Assembly: GCA_964590895.1 (NCBI GenBank)
Contig: CAZPYV010000001.1
Span: 262,164-326,163, forward strand
DNA length: 64,000 bases
DNA from: an uncultured Methanoregula sp.
GTDB taxonomy: Archaea > Halobacteriota > Methanomicrobia > Methanomicrobiales > Methanospirillaceae
Direction: 5' to 3'
The notes beneath the pieces are model-generated. The model did no database searches. It saw nothing but the letters and a program-made list of their open reading frames with translations, and was not told where the DNA came from. Within the stretch, counting starts at the first letter, position 1. Every line of letters begins with the position of its first letter. Positions 54,277 to 64,000 of the stretch are shown here, one piece after another. The translations under genes and the position numbers were made by a program.

Positions 54277-55284
54277 TTATTTTTTCTGCCGGTTAAGAAC
54301 CAATACAATCGCGCAGACAACGATGACTGCACTAAATGCAGTAACAAGAGATACCGGGGAATAGGTTGTTTTCTTTTGTACAGTGGTCGTTCTAACTGTT
54401 GCAATCCCCGTGACTTCTGGAGTCAATACTGGTGCAGAAGTTGTAATTTCGGTTGGCAATGGTGTGGGAATAGCAGTTGTGTAAAATGTGCCGAGCCGGC
54501 TTATGGTAACTACGGGTGTGATAGTACCGGTGATGTTTACTATCTGGAGTTTCCCCATCATGCTCTCCTTGTTATTGATTGCATCTGCAAAATTGGGATC
54601 AATGTTAATAGCTTTTTTGAAACACTCGGATGCGTCCTCGGGTTTTCCCAACTGGACATAGGCAAGTCCTTTGTTATTCCAGAGCGTTGCATTATTTATC
54701 GTTATTCCGGTTGCCCGGTCAAAGGAACTGAGTGCCTGGTCGTACTTCTGGCTGCCCATGTAAGACAGTCCCTTATAGTTCCAGGACATGAAATTGAGGG
54801 GATCTAACGTTGTGCAACGATCATAAGGGGGGATCGATGCATCGTAATTCTTCAACTGGAAGTAGGCGTATGCCTGGTTGCAGTATGCATCCACGCGGTT
54901 GTTCTGGACTATGAAAAATTTGTCATAAGCAGTCACCGATTCATTATATCTCCCGAGTTTAAAAAGTCCGTAAGCTCTCGCATACAGTGCAGTTGGATCG
55001 ACTGATTTGATGATAAGCGCCTGATCGGAAAGGGTGACAGCATCAGAATATCTCCCCAGTTCGATCAAAGCCACCGCTTTACCTGCCATGGCAGATACAG
55101 AATCCTTGTCAAGTGCAAGGGCTTTATCGTAATACGTAAGGGCATCTGCATAGTTTCCCGCTATTGCCGCGTTCTGCCCTTTTGTATACCATTCCTGAGC
55201 ATCCTCAGCATGCACACACGGTATTACAAAGAGGGTTAAGAGAACAATCAGAATAATTATTTTTGATCTCATAATTTCAATCAC
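54277..55284 (-). CDS. TPR-repeat surface protein with a signal peptide and a C-terminal TM anchor
   Basis: The N-terminal signal is IIILIVLLTLFVIPCVHA. About 6 TPR units follow (Y..G......Y..A...YDKAL.LDP), then a Thr/Pro-rich stalk and the C-terminal SPVSLVTAFSAVIVVCAIVLVLNRQKK. Confidence 0.8.
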   Translation of the reverse strand: MIEIMRSKIIILIVLLTLFVIPCVHAEDAQEWYTKGQNAAIAGNYADALTYYDKALALDKDSVSAMAGKAVALIELGRYSDAVTLSDQALIIKSVDPTALYARAYGLFKLGRYNESVTAYDKFFIVQNNRVDAYCNQAYAYFQLKNYDASIPPYDRCTTLDPLNFMSWNYKGLSYMGSQKYDQALSSFDRATGITINNATLWNNKGLAYVQLGKPEDASECFKKAINIDPNFADAINNKESMMGKLQIVNITGTITPVVTISRLGTFYTTAIPTPLPTEITTSAPVLTPEVTGIATVRTTTVQKKTTYSPVSLVTAFSAVIVVCAIVLVLNRQKK

Positions 55285-55466
55285 GAAATTTCCCTTAATC
55301 GCAGATGAATCTATTCATTTTAATGGGTTTCTCATGATACCGGATTCCTAAAGACCCATTGACTGATTGTGTGAGAGATCGTGTCTGCCACAAGATGCAA
55401 GTTAGCAAAGTAAAAAAAGTGAACCTAAAAAAAAAGAGTGGACCGGGCTCTTATGGTGCCGGTGAA

Positions 55467-57386
55467 TCAGACCATGCGGTATGTCTCAAGATTCATGGGA
55501 GAATGCGTCTCGATATGGTAGCGCTTGTAGATGGAACTTGCCAGATCGATCGTGTTATTTTCATCGCCGTGAATGCAGAAGATCTTCTCAGGGCGCGGCT
55601 GGATCTGGCCGATGTAATTCATCAGTTGCCTGCGATCCGAGTGACCCGAGAACCCATCGACGGTAACGATCTCCAGATTGATGGTGATGGTACCTTTTCT
55701 TCCCATCGGCACTTCGCGCCAGCCTTTCTGGATGCGGCGGCCGTAGGTTCCATCAGCCTGGTACCCGACAAAGATAAGCGCGTTCTTCTCATCCTGTGCA
55801 AGGTTCAAGAGATATTCCATCACCGGGCCGCCGTTGAGCATCCCACTTGTTGTGATGATCACACAGGGATCACCGTTGATGACTTTTTCGCGCAGATCCT
55901 GTGAGTCCACCTGCTGGAAGCATTCGGCAAGGAAGGGATTCATGCCTTCGCGGAATATCTGGTTCCTTAGCTCCGTGTTGAGGTACTCCGGATAGCAGGT
56001 GTGAATCGCTGTTGCCTCACGGATCATACCATCGAGATAGATCTTAACTTTCGGGATCTTATCAAGGCGCATACCCTCTTCAAGCGCAAGCATCACTTCC
56101 TGTGAACGCCCGACGGAGAAGGCCGGAATGATGACTTTTCCACCTCGCGAAAGAACAGTGTTTATCGTTTCGTAGAGCTTTGCCTCGGCATCTGTGCGTG
56201 ACTGCTGGAAGTCGTTGCTGCCACCGTACGTACTTTCCATGAAAAGCGCTTCGAGACGGGGGAACTGGTTGATGGCCGGATTGAATAAACGGCTCTTTGC
56301 GTAATTGAAATCGCCGGTAAATGCGATGTTGTACATACCATCGCCGATATGGAAGTGCGCTATGGCTGAACCAAGAATATGACCGGCGTTATGGAAGGTG
56401 AGTTTGATATCCGGTGCAATATCAGTTACACTGCCATAGTTGAGGGTTATTGAGTGCCTGATATAGGTCTTGACTTCGTTGGATGAATAGGGAACCTTCC
56501 GGTCTTCCTTATGGATCACATCGAGATAATCCAGCTGGAGCATAGCCGAGAGATCACGGGTTGGGGGGGTGGAGTAGACCGGACCTTCGTACCCGTACTT
56601 GTAAAGAAGGGGCACAAGAGCGCAGTGATCGAGATGCGCATGGGTAAGAACGACCGCATCGAGCTGGGCTAACGGGTGGATCTCCGGCACATAGAGGTAA
56701 GGCGTACCTCCCTGGTTGTCCGGTTTCTCACCGCAGTCGATGAGCACCCGGCTGTTAGGAGTGGTGAGAAGAAATGCAGCTCTGCCTACTTCACGGCAAC
56801 AGCCAAGCATGGTCACTCGTGCCCACTGGTCTCTTTTGACTGCATCCTTGCTGGTATCTTCTTTGCCGGGTATGTCCCGGTGAATACGGCGGCCGATGGT
56901 ACGCAGGAACGCTTTTCTTTCTTCATTTGTAGAGCGGAGGTACTGCCGGATCTGTTTTACCGTTGAGCTCTCAATGGGAGGTGTCCGTACAACCTTTGGA
57001 GTCCACCCGATATGACGGGTGATATCCCGAAGAGTGGTTCCGTTCTTCCCAATAACTACCCCGGGTTTTTCCGCTTCGATCAGCACTTCACCAGTGTCGG
57101 GATCAAAAAAGATATCGGTAATACCCGCAGTATCTGGCACAACCGCTTTGATATCATTGTACGCCTTTTCGGGATCTTCTAAGATTGTTGGTCGTATCAC
57201 AATCCGCTTGCGTAAATCCCTGGCAAGGATCTTGATTAAATCTGCCTCATCAGCAAACTTCTTCGGATCGTCGGTATAGATGACGAGTTCGGGTCCTTCG
57301 AATTCCACCTGCGTCACCGTGATGCCACGGGGCACCTTTTCATTGATCTTATCTTTAAGCTCTTTGAGCCGTTCTTCGATTAACAT
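55467..57386 (-). CDS. beta-CASP ribonuclease aCPSF1 (KH-KH-MBL-beta-CASP; archaeal termination factor FttA type)
   Basis: N-terminal KH domains are followed by the MBL motif VVLTHAHLDHCA. The length of 639 aa is typical, and adjacency to proteasome beta is a widely conserved archaeal synteny. Confidence 0.93.
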   Translation of the reverse strand: MLIEERLKELKDKINEKVPRGITVTQVEFEGPELVIYTDDPKKFADEADLIKILARDLRKRIVIRPTILEDPEKAYNDIKAVVPDTAGITDIFFDPDTGEVLIEAEKPGVVIGKNGTTLRDITRHIGWTPKVVRTPPIESSTVKQIRQYLRSTNEERKAFLRTIGRRIHRDIPGKEDTSKDAVKRDQWARVTMLGCCREVGRAAFLLTTPNSRVLIDCGEKPDNQGGTPYLYVPEIHPLAQLDAVVLTHAHLDHCALVPLLYKYGYEGPVYSTPPTRDLSAMLQLDYLDVIHKEDRKVPYSSNEVKTYIRHSITLNYGSVTDIAPDIKLTFHNAGHILGSAIAHFHIGDGMYNIAFTGDFNYAKSRLFNPAINQFPRLEALFMESTYGGSNDFQQSRTDAEAKLYETINTVLSRGGKVIIPAFSVGRSQEVMLALEEGMRLDKIPKVKIYLDGMIREATAIHTCYPEYLNTELRNQIFREGMNPFLAECFQQVDSQDLREKVINGDPCVIITTSGMLNGGPVMEYLLNLAQDEKNALIFVGYQADGTYGRRIQKGWREVPMGRKGTITINLEIVTVDGFSGHSDRRQLMNYIGQIQPRPEKIFCIHGDENNTIDLASSIYKRYHIETHSPMNLETYRMV

Positions 57387-57411
57387 AATAATTAACGTCC
57401 TAAAAAAAGAT

Positions 57412-58053
57412 TTATGCGGGAGATTTTACGAGAAATTTTGAAAGTGCGTCTTCTCCCATTTCCTGGTATCTGTCTTTTGTGATCACAACTACATGGATGC
57501 CTTCTCCGGATCCGGCATCGCGTTTCATGGCAGATTTCAACGCACGAATTGCAATATCAATGGCTTCATCTTCATTCATATCCTTACGGAACCGGTCTTC
57601 GAGCACACCGTACGCCATAGGAGACCCTGAACCGGTTGCAACAATCTCTTCTTCCTTTGTTGCGCCACCCATTGCATCCACTGAGTATATACTTGGTCCT
57701 GTCTCGTCAATTCCACCGACAAGAAGCTGGACATAGTACGGGAAATACCGGTTCTGGTTCAAATAATTCGAAAGCAATGTGGCAGAAGCACCTACCGTGA
57801 TCGAACGGGATCGGCGAATCTGGTAGAGATTACACTCAACTGTAAGGATACGTGCGAGTTGCTGGGCATCCCCGACACCCCCGGCAGTTGTCATGCCTAT
57901 GCGTTCTGCTACCTTGTACACTTTTTTTGCTTTCTTGCTTGCGATCATGTAGCCCATGGTCGCACGCTTCTCGGTTGCAAGGATCACACCATCTTTAAAA
58001 ACAATACCGATGGTTGTTGTTCCCTTCATGGACTCCTGTAACTGTTCAGGCAT
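57412..58053 (-). CDS. psmB: proteasome subunit beta
   Basis: A propeptide precedes the catalytic Thr in [20 protein letters not shown]. Confidence 0.93.
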   Translation of the reverse strand: MPEQLQESMKGTTTIGIVFKDGVILATEKRATMGYMIASKKAKKVYKVAERIGMTTAGGVGDAQQLARILTVECNLYQIRRSRSITVGASATLLSNYLNQNRYFPYYVQLLVGGIDETGPSIYSVDAMGGATKEEEIVATGSGSPMAYGVLEDRFRKDMNEDEAIDIAIRALKSAMKRDAGSGEGIHVVVITKDRYQEMGEDALSKFLVKSPA

Positions 58054-58143
58054 AGTAACATCCTAAAAATAAATTTAACGCTAAATTTCTTAATAAAAGC
58101 GCTGTAAGGTATTAGAGGATATGCAGAAATTTAAAGGTTTTTA

Positions 58144-58971
58144 TTAAGATCCTTCATTACAGAGGGATTTGATAAGGTCGCGATCATAGAGCATGGCAAC
58201 AAGTTGCTTGTCACCGTTAATAACGGGTAGCTGATCAACCCGTGCCCTGCGCATCTTTAATGCACACTCACTCACTTCAGCATTGTGCGGAACGGCAACC
58301 ACATTTTTTACCATCGCCAGTTTTACCGGACGGTTGGGAAGCTGGACTTTTGATATCCCGAAGCTTATCGTATGGTTATCCCGGATACTTTCCCATGTCC
58401 ACTCATCATCATCCGTACCATTCGAAAAGTCACTCACACCAACGGAATCTTCAATACTGGAATTTCTTATGAGATCTCGTTCTGAAATAATACCCTTAAG
58501 TTTATTTTCGTTATCAAGGATGGGAATTGCATCTACACCGGAGATTTCCATAATCCGTCCCACCACCGGAAGAGGTGTTTCTTCCCAGAGTGCAAATGTA
58601 TTGCTGGTATATTTAGTCTTGATCTCATCTTTTATTTTGAGATGGGCAATGGCGTGAATAAGGTCAGACACTGAGAGCAGACCGAGCAGGTGACCATCCT
58701 CAACAACCGGTAATCTCCGAATATGGTGTTCCACTAAAAGACGTGCAGCCTGCCGGATATCTGCATCAGGTCCGATACAGACTGGCTTTGGAGTCATGAG
58801 AAGTCCCAATTGGGTCTCTTCAGGTTTTCGCAGCAGATCCTTTCTTGTAATGATACCAACAATCTTCTTGTTCTTGACGACCGGTACTCCGGAGATGCCC
58901 GTGCGTTTGAGAATTTTTAATACATCATCACGATTGCCCGGTATCTCAACATGGACGACATCGAACGTCAT
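58144..58971 (-). CDS. CBS domain-containing protein (four CBS motifs)
   Basis: CBS units repeat (GVPVV..KKIVGIITRKDLL; RRLPVVEDGHLLGLLSVSDL; IPILDNENKLKGIISERDL; LPVINGDKQLVAMLYDRDL). Confidence 0.85.
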   Translation of the reverse strand: MTFDVVHVEIPGNRDDVLKILKRTGISGVPVVKNKKIVGIITRKDLLRKPEETQLGLLMTPKPVCIGPDADIRQAARLLVEHHIRRLPVVEDGHLLGLLSVSDLIHAIAHLKIKDEIKTKYTSNTFALWEETPLPVVGRIMEISGVDAIPILDNENKLKGIISERDLIRNSSIEDSVGVSDFSNGTDDDEWTWESIRDNHTISFGISKVQLPNRPVKLAMVKNVVAVPHNAEVSECALKMRRARVDQLPVINGDKQLVAMLYDRDLIKSLCNEGS

Positions 58972-58994
58972 ATAATCTCTGACAACTTTTTCAG

Positions 58995-59432
58995 TTATGA
59001 TCTCACCACCATTGTTGAGATTTTGCTATGAGCAATCACAAACGTGCTGACACTCCCGATAAGCAGCTTGTCTGCATTGCTCTTTCCGTGCGAGCCGACT
59101 ATAATCAGATCGGCTTTTTCCCGCTCTGCCAGAGTAACGATCTCGCTGCCGGCATGACCCTGTTTCATGTGTGTAGTGAGGACCAGACCCTGTGTTGCAG
59201 CAAATGACTTTGCCTGTGCAAGTTTATCCTGTCCCTCTTTTTCTAAAACCCGGTACATGATCTCTACGGTATTATCGGTAGGAAGGGAAGAAAAAAGCCC
59301 AGTCTCCACCACATAGATGGCATGGATCTTTGCATTCCAGATCCGTGCCTCATCAACGGCCCGGGCCAATGCCCGATCGCTCACTCCAGAGCCATCAATA
59401 GCAACGAGTATATTAGTAAACACTGGAATCAC
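58995..59432 (-). CDS. universal stress protein (UspA family)
   Basis: The signatures are ILVAIDGS and DLIIVGSHGKS......GSVS..V. Confidence 0.85.
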   Translation of the reverse strand: MIPVFTNILVAIDGSGVSDRALARAVDEARIWNAKIHAIYVVETGLFSSLPTDNTVEIMYRVLEKEGQDKLAQAKSFAATQGLVLTTHMKQGHAGSEIVTLAEREKADLIIVGSHGKSNADKLLIGSVSTFVIAHSKISTMVVRS

Positions 59433-59462
59433 CCAAAATAAACATTCCCTTTTTATTTGGGT

Positions 59463-60503
59463 CTACGAATTAAAAATATTATGGACAATATGCCCGCAGG
59501 AGACCCTTTTTGTGATGCTGGTAACCGGATCGCGGCTGAATTGCAATGCAGACTCGAAAGGATCGATCTGTATAAGGTTAGCCCGCGCTCCAGTGCGGAT
59601 AAAAAAGGATTCCCCGGTAAGTTCCGATCCCTGTATCGCTGCGCGCAGGAGGGTTTCGGGTTCCAGTCCGTAGACAGTTGAGGTAAACGCCATTTCAGAG
59701 AACATATCCGGTGGCACAAACATGACATTGTCTGTGCCAAGGTAGAGCGTGCAGCCGAGTTTGTGCATGAGCCGCAGGGGAGGTTTCTTTGCAGTTTTCG
59801 TCACTCCAAGAGTCCAGTTGGATCGTGGGCAGACAGCAATGGGAATTGCCATATCGGCGCATTGACGGAGCTGTTTCTTTGTTGCATGGGTGGCATGGAT
59901 GATCAGATCCGGTTCATATACGAGAGCATCATCGATATCTTCAGAGTCCCGCTCTCCGGCATGAAATGCGATCTTCTTTCCCATTTGTCTTGCCTCACTC
60001 ACCAGGCGCTCTGTGTCCTTAACATCGCGGACACTGCTGATCCCAAGTCCCTCTGCATCTTTCTCACCGCCATCCCGGCCAAAAATTACGGTTGAGAACG
60101 AGAGCCCACCTGCAGCTTCTTTGAGTGCGGAAACACCTTTTACTCCCCCTTCCCGGAAATCTGCACAGCCTGCAACCCCCCCTTTGATCATTTCCTGTAT
60201 GCTTGATCGCATACCGCTCACCAAATCTTTTCGGGACGCTGCCGCAAGAAGCCGGTGCTTAAGTCCATCAGGAGGAGTGACAAGAGTAGTGAGATCGCCG
60301 GTTACTCCACAATCCATGGCAACCGTATCGCCAAGATGTGTATGTGCATTAAACAATGCCGGGCAGATCCAGCACTGCGGCGCACGGGAATTATCCTCAA
60401 TTGCCGTGATATACCCATCCTCTATAATGATATCAACCGGTGAGAGAGTAAGCTCGTCGCCAATCAACGCTTGTCCGGAGATCTGGTGCAGGGTCTTTTT
60501 CAT
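59463..60503 (-). CDS. amidohydrolase family protein (chlorohydrolase/deaminase-like)
   Basis: The metal-binding motif is FNAHTHLGDT, and later motifs are FHAGE and IHATH. I used the ATG at 60503 (MKKTLHQ). Confidence 0.8.
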   Translation of the reverse strand: MKKTLHQISGQALIGDELTLSPVDIIIEDGYITAIEDNSRAPQCWICPALFNAHTHLGDTVAMDCGVTGDLTTLVTPPDGLKHRLLAAASRKDLVSGMRSSIQEMIKGGVAGCADFREGGVKGVSALKEAAGGLSFSTVIFGRDGGEKDAEGLGISSVRDVKDTERLVSEARQMGKKIAFHAGERDSEDIDDALVYEPDLIIHATHATKKQLRQCADMAIPIAVCPRSNWTLGVTKTAKKPPLRLMHKLGCTLYLGTDNVMFVPPDMFSEMAFTSTVYGLEPETLLRAAIQGSELTGESFFIRTGARANLIQIDPFESALQFSRDPVTSITKRVSCGHIVHNIFNS

Positions 60504-60548
60504 ACGCCGTGACTCTTCTTTATATATCCAAAAATGAAATATATTTGC

Positions 60549-60707
60549 ATGGCAAAGAAGCAAGGTGGAAGATTATTATCATCAGCAGGTCTCGTTAACT
60601 ATTATGAGAGCGAGGACCGGCGGGCAATTCATATCGATCCCATTACTGTTATGGCAGTATCAGCAGGGATTGGTATCGTTATCATGGTACTGAACTATAT
60701 CTACTGA
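60549..60707 (+). CDS. secG: preprotein translocase subunit Sec61beta/SecG (52 aa, below the ORF-track cutoff)
   Basis: Manual translation gives MAKKQGGRLLSSAGLVNYYESEDRRAIHIDPITVMAVSAGIGIVIMVLNYIY. This is the typical archaeal Sec61beta pattern (SSAGL..Y plus a single C-terminal TM). Confidence 0.8.
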   Translation: MAKKQGGRLLSSAGLVNYYESEDRRAIHIDPITVMAVSAGIGIVIMVLNYIY

Positions 60708-61453
60708 TTCCATTCCTTTTTCAACACTTTTTTGGTGATATCCTCATCTGTCTTAAAATACAGGTTGTCATGACCTGTCCATTTCGGGCAGTTGCGGAAC
60801 ACAACGGCCGGAATGCCATTGTTGCTCTCACCCATCACAAAATTGGCAAAGCCTGCAATCTCATCAACGACTGCCTCTTCAGTGATCTTGAGCACATGGC
60901 CGAACAGATCGGTATCGCCCCGGAAATCACGAATCGCAGTAAAACCACTCCACCCAATCGCGTGACCGGTCTGTCCGCGACGGAATGAGCGCCCGCAGGT
61001 ATCGGTAATGATAATGCCGACATCCTTGCTACTGATCTTTTTAATTTCATCTTTCAGATCATGGGCAGACTTCATAGGATCAGGTGGCAGGAAAATGACC
61101 ATGCCATCTTCGATATTGCTCTGGTCAACACCAGCTCTTACGCCAATATGACCAAACGCCATCTCTGATAGTATGAATGGGTGCTCCATGATGATATCTG
61201 TTGAAGCATCGAGCACAGCCTGGACAAAACGCGGGTCTTCGCCATTTAATTTGCCGAGGCGCTCGGCGCGTTCAGAAGGAGTGATCAAAGAAAGTTTTTT
61301 CGTATAGCCTTTTGCTTTAGAGTATATTGTTGACGCAATGCACAGGATATCTCCATCCTGCAATGGCACAGATTTAGAGATCATTTGAGCAATATCGTCA
61401 CCTGCATGGATGAGGGGAAGGCCCTGCACACCCATGACCTGAATATTTTCCAT
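60701..61453 (-). CDS. cofE: coenzyme F420-0:L-glutamate ligase
   Basis: The signatures are GLPLIHAGDDIA, GDILCIASTIYSKA, GVDQSN and IIITDTCGRSFRRGQTG. Confidence 0.9.
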   Translation of the reverse strand: MENIQVMGVQGLPLIHAGDDIAQMISKSVPLQDGDILCIASTIYSKAKGYTKKLSLITPSERAERLGKLNGEDPRFVQAVLDASTDIIMEHPFILSEMAFGHIGVRAGVDQSNIEDGMVIFLPPDPMKSAHDLKDEIKKISSKDVGIIITDTCGRSFRRGQTGHAIGWSGFTAIRDFRGDTDLFGHVLKITEEAVVDEIAGFANFVMGESNNGIPAVVFRNCPKWTGHDNLYFKTDEDITKKVLKKEWNQ

Positions 61454-61634
61454 AACATCTCTATGGGTTTATCTCACGATATAGGAGTTTCGATTCTTTT
61501 CCGGGTGTTTTTTATACGAATACTTCCCTACACCAGCAGCATTATTGAATGCCTATACCATCAGGTTCAAGCGAATTTGAAAAAAAACACCTCCGATATA
61601 TTTTTAAGAAGATAGCGCGCAACACATCTTTACC

Positions 61635-61919
61635 ATGTACCTTGTTATCCGGTGCCCATCCTGCAGAACGTTTACGTACGTGGATCATTTCCAGCGCTGG
61701 AAACTCTGCCCGCAGTGCGGGCATGCACATGAAGTGATAAAAGCACCAGCATATCTTGAGGTTCACGATTATCACGAGGCCGAGCATATTGTCAGGCAGA
61801 TGGAAAAACACCTCCATACCAACAAGAAAAAAGATTTCACTCCAGAGGAAACCGCTGACCTGCGCCACCATTATGCAGAAGCGCTGCGTAAACGGGTTCC
61901 CGGCCATCACGCGCACTAA
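61635..61919 (+). CDS. DUF1922-like zinc-ribbon protein
   Basis: MYLVIRCPSCRTFTYV.....WKLCPQCGH carries a C-x2-C...C-x2-C ribbon. The family name is recalled, not searched. Confidence 0.55.
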   Translation: MYLVIRCPSCRTFTYVDHFQRWKLCPQCGHAHEVIKAPAYLEVHDYHEAEHIVRQMEKHLHTNKKKDFTPEETADLRHHYAEALRKRVPGHHAH

Positions 61920-61988
61920 CGCAATCATTCTTTTTTATTAAGCCCTTTTTTTAAGGAGTCAGATCTTTAAGAAAAATGGGAGAGGTTA

Positions 61989-63362
61989 TCAATCATGGAT
62001 CGTTCCCCGCACATATGAGGTGCCTACCCCAACGATACACAAGCCGGTAAATACCAAAAATGAGATCTTCACACTGGTCATGAGTGCCGGAAAGACTTCC
62101 GGTGTGATAGTGACCGTTCCGATAAGAACTGAAAAACAGAACATGGCAATTGCCATCGAGAGCACCTGTCCAAGCGAGCGCATGGTGGCATTCATACCGG
62201 ATGCAATGCCAAGATACCGTGGGTCTACCGAGCTCATGATCGCATTTGTATTGGGTGACGAGAAGAGGGCGTACCCAAAACCAAGCACCATTAAGGCAAT
62301 CACAATGGCGTAGAGCGGTGTGGAGGGGGTTAAAAATATGAAAAATGAGAGCCCGGTTGTTGTGATAGCCATTCCCACTGTTGCAACAATGCGGGGCTCG
62401 ATACGATCGGACAGCTTTCCGGCAATAGGTGAAAAGAATGTCTGGACAACCGGTTGGGCGACAAGAATAAAACCGGCAGTTTCTGCAGAGAAACCCTTGA
62501 TATACTGGAGGTATAATGACAGGAGAACTGCAACTGCAAAGGTTGCACCATAGTTAATCATTGCAGCGATATTTGAGAAAACAAAAGTCCTGTTATTGGA
62601 AAAGATTTTAAGATTGAAAAGTGGGCTTTTACACCGCCGTTCCCACCAGACAAAGATCCCTGCTGTGCAGAGTGCAACAAACAGCCATGAAAAAGCATAC
62701 AGGTCCGGCAGCAGGAGCATCCCAAAGATCCCGCTAAAGAGCATGACCCCGTACACCAGTGCACCCGTGAGATCAAACCGTTCCCCCGCAGCATCCGCCC
62801 ATTCGTGCTTCACTCCATAGAGGGTTAAGGCAATGGTGATGAGCCCAAGAGGTACATTGATGAGAAAGATTGCCGGCCATCCAAAGCGATCCGTAAGAAT
62901 TCCTCCGAGGAAAGGGCCGATTGAGAGACCGGCATAGACTGTCGCTATGGTAATTCCAAGTGCCCACCCCCGCTCACCCGGACCATACACCTGTGTAACG
63001 ATAGCAACCGATGTAGCAAAGAGCATGGCTCCGCCGATCCCCTGGATGAACCGTGCTGCAATCAGGATGCCCGCAGTAGGTGCAATGGCTGATGCCAGAG
63101 ATGCAACAGAGAAGATCAGGACGCCAAGTAAAAAGATCTTTTTGCGGCCATAAATATCCGCAAGTCTGCCAAACGGGACGATGAAGACGGCGGCTGAAAC
63201 GATATAGGCCGAAGTGATCCACCCGAGGGTTACGGCATCGGCAGTGAACTGGGCAGCCATTGCCGGAAGTGCAACGGTTATTGATGATCCAGTGTAAGGA
63301 ACAAGAAATGATGCGAGCGATGCGACAAGAAGGATAATCTTTTTTTCCCGTTCATCATCCAT
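61989..63362 (-). CDS. MFS transporter (14-TM DHA2/EmrB-like)
   Basis: The protein has many TM helices, the MFS motif A-like GRLADIYGRKK, and a length of 457 aa. Confidence 0.88.
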   Translation of the reverse strand: MDDEREKKIILLVASLASFLVPYTGSSITVALPAMAAQFTADAVTLGWITSAYIVSAAVFIVPFGRLADIYGRKKIFLLGVLIFSVASLASAIAPTAGILIAARFIQGIGGAMLFATSVAIVTQVYGPGERGWALGITIATVYAGLSIGPFLGGILTDRFGWPAIFLINVPLGLITIALTLYGVKHEWADAAGERFDLTGALVYGVMLFSGIFGMLLLPDLYAFSWLFVALCTAGIFVWWERRCKSPLFNLKIFSNNRTFVFSNIAAMINYGATFAVAVLLSLYLQYIKGFSAETAGFILVAQPVVQTFFSPIAGKLSDRIEPRIVATVGMAITTTGLSFFIFLTPSTPLYAIVIALMVLGFGYALFSSPNTNAIMSSVDPRYLGIASGMNATMRSLGQVLSMAIAMFCFSVLIGTVTITPEVFPALMTSVKISFLVFTGLCIVGVGTSYVRGTIHD

Positions 63363-63494
63363 GGATATCCGGTTTTTGCGCTTGAAAGGATTAAGGATAT
63401 TGTAATTTGCCGGCTATGAATCGAATGATGAGAAGTGAGAACATGGACCTCGCTTGCAATACTTCAAGAGGTACGCGCGTGGCACTACTATAGG

Positions 63495-64000
63495 ATGAAT
63501 GTGATGGAGCAGTATGATATTACCGTGATTGGTGCAGGACCTGCCGGGCTCTTTTGCGCAATTCACGCAAGCGCACCCGGCAGCAAGGTTCTTCTTTTAG
63601 AAAAGATGGACGAGCCGGGGAAAAAACTCCTGCTTTCGGGTACCGGCCAATGTAACATCACCCATGCGGGTGAGATGCGGGATTTCCTTTCACATTATGG
63701 AGACCATGGGAAATTTTTAAAACCAGCACTCTTTTCGTTTACGAACAAAGCACTCATCGCTTTCTTTGAGGAGCGCGGCCTTTTTATGATGAATGAGGAG
63801 AATGGAAAGGTGTTTCCAATAACCCGGCAGTCCACCGATGTGCTGGCAGTTCTTCTTAAAGAATGCAAAGTAAAGGGAGTGAAAATCCATTGCGATGAAC
63901 CGGTTACGGGCATCTCACATCATGCGGAAGGATTCGAGATCACAACTTCCCGCGCAACTTACCACTCTGCTGTGATTGTTATTACAACGGGGGGAGCGTC
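63495..64000 (+). CDS. NAD(P)/FAD-dependent oxidoreductase (HI0933/BaiN-like flavoprotein), 3'-truncated by the window end
   Basis: Manual translation gives MNVMEQYDITVIGAGPAGLFCAIHA...LLLEKMDEPGKKLLLSGTGQCNITH. This contains the dinucleotide-binding GxGxxG motif and the family-typical SG.G.CN.T motif. Confidence 0.8.
   Translation, partial: MNVMEQYDITVIGAGPAGLFCAIHASAPGSKVLLLEKMDEPGKKLLLSGTGQCNITHAGEMRDFLSHYGDHGKFLKPALFSFTNKALIAFFEERGLFMMNEENGKVFPITRQSTDVLAVLLKECKVKGVKIHCDEPVTGISHHAEGFEITTSRATYHSAVIVITTGGA

Overview
This is a densely coding archaeal chromosomal window. Gene content (CofE, aCPSF1, PriL/PCNA, Alba, PdaD, S17e, Sec61beta) and spot GC counts of about 45-48 % suggest a methanogen, probably Methanomicrobiales-like. 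That assignment is an inference.

(1) 2.1-20.1 kb is a signalling and taxis island. It holds a 1425-aa transmembrane MCP and a 908-aa soluble REC-PAS-MCP, both built from 91-aa (273-bp) HAMP-like repeats with near-identical DNA copies. It also holds three CheW paralogues, CheR, a REC-histidine kinase, a wHTH-PAS histidine kinase and a wHTH-(PAS)x6 protein. No CheA, CheY or CheB is present.

(2) 29.6-37.7 kb is a six-gene, tightly packed, bacterial-type acetyl-CoA synthase / corrinoid Fe-S protein cassette: AcsB, AcsD, AcsC, RACo, a core-MetE-like methyltransferase and CooC. There is no CODH catalytic subunit and no AcsE in the window. I consider this the most interesting system here.

(3) The remainder is housekeeping: hypD, tRNA-Arg(CCG), an M42 peptidase, an aminotransferase, PHI, pdaD, a cdrS-like RHH gene plus ftsZ, alba, asd-fdx-dapB-dapA, S17e, PriL-PCNA, RlmE, MoaA, an M20 peptidase, aCPSF1 with proteasome beta, CBS, Usp, Sec61beta, CofE and an MFS transporter.

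Non-genic signals:
- a pair of roughly 160-200 nt homologous elements in inverted orientation at 43.3 and 48.9 kb
- a GC-rich hairpin-dense patch upstream of the giant MCP
- palindromic GTCAGACA/TGTCTGAC repeats upstream of cdrS-ftsZ
- a GC-rich left edge (1-1.1 kb) followed by about 0.55 kb of non-coding DNA
- a weak C/D-box-like candidate at 21.44 kb

I recognised no rRNA, CRISPR array, transposase or integrase. Several ORF-track starts are TTG/GTG, and I moved them to in-frame ATGs where an RBS or an alignment to known N-termini supported it.
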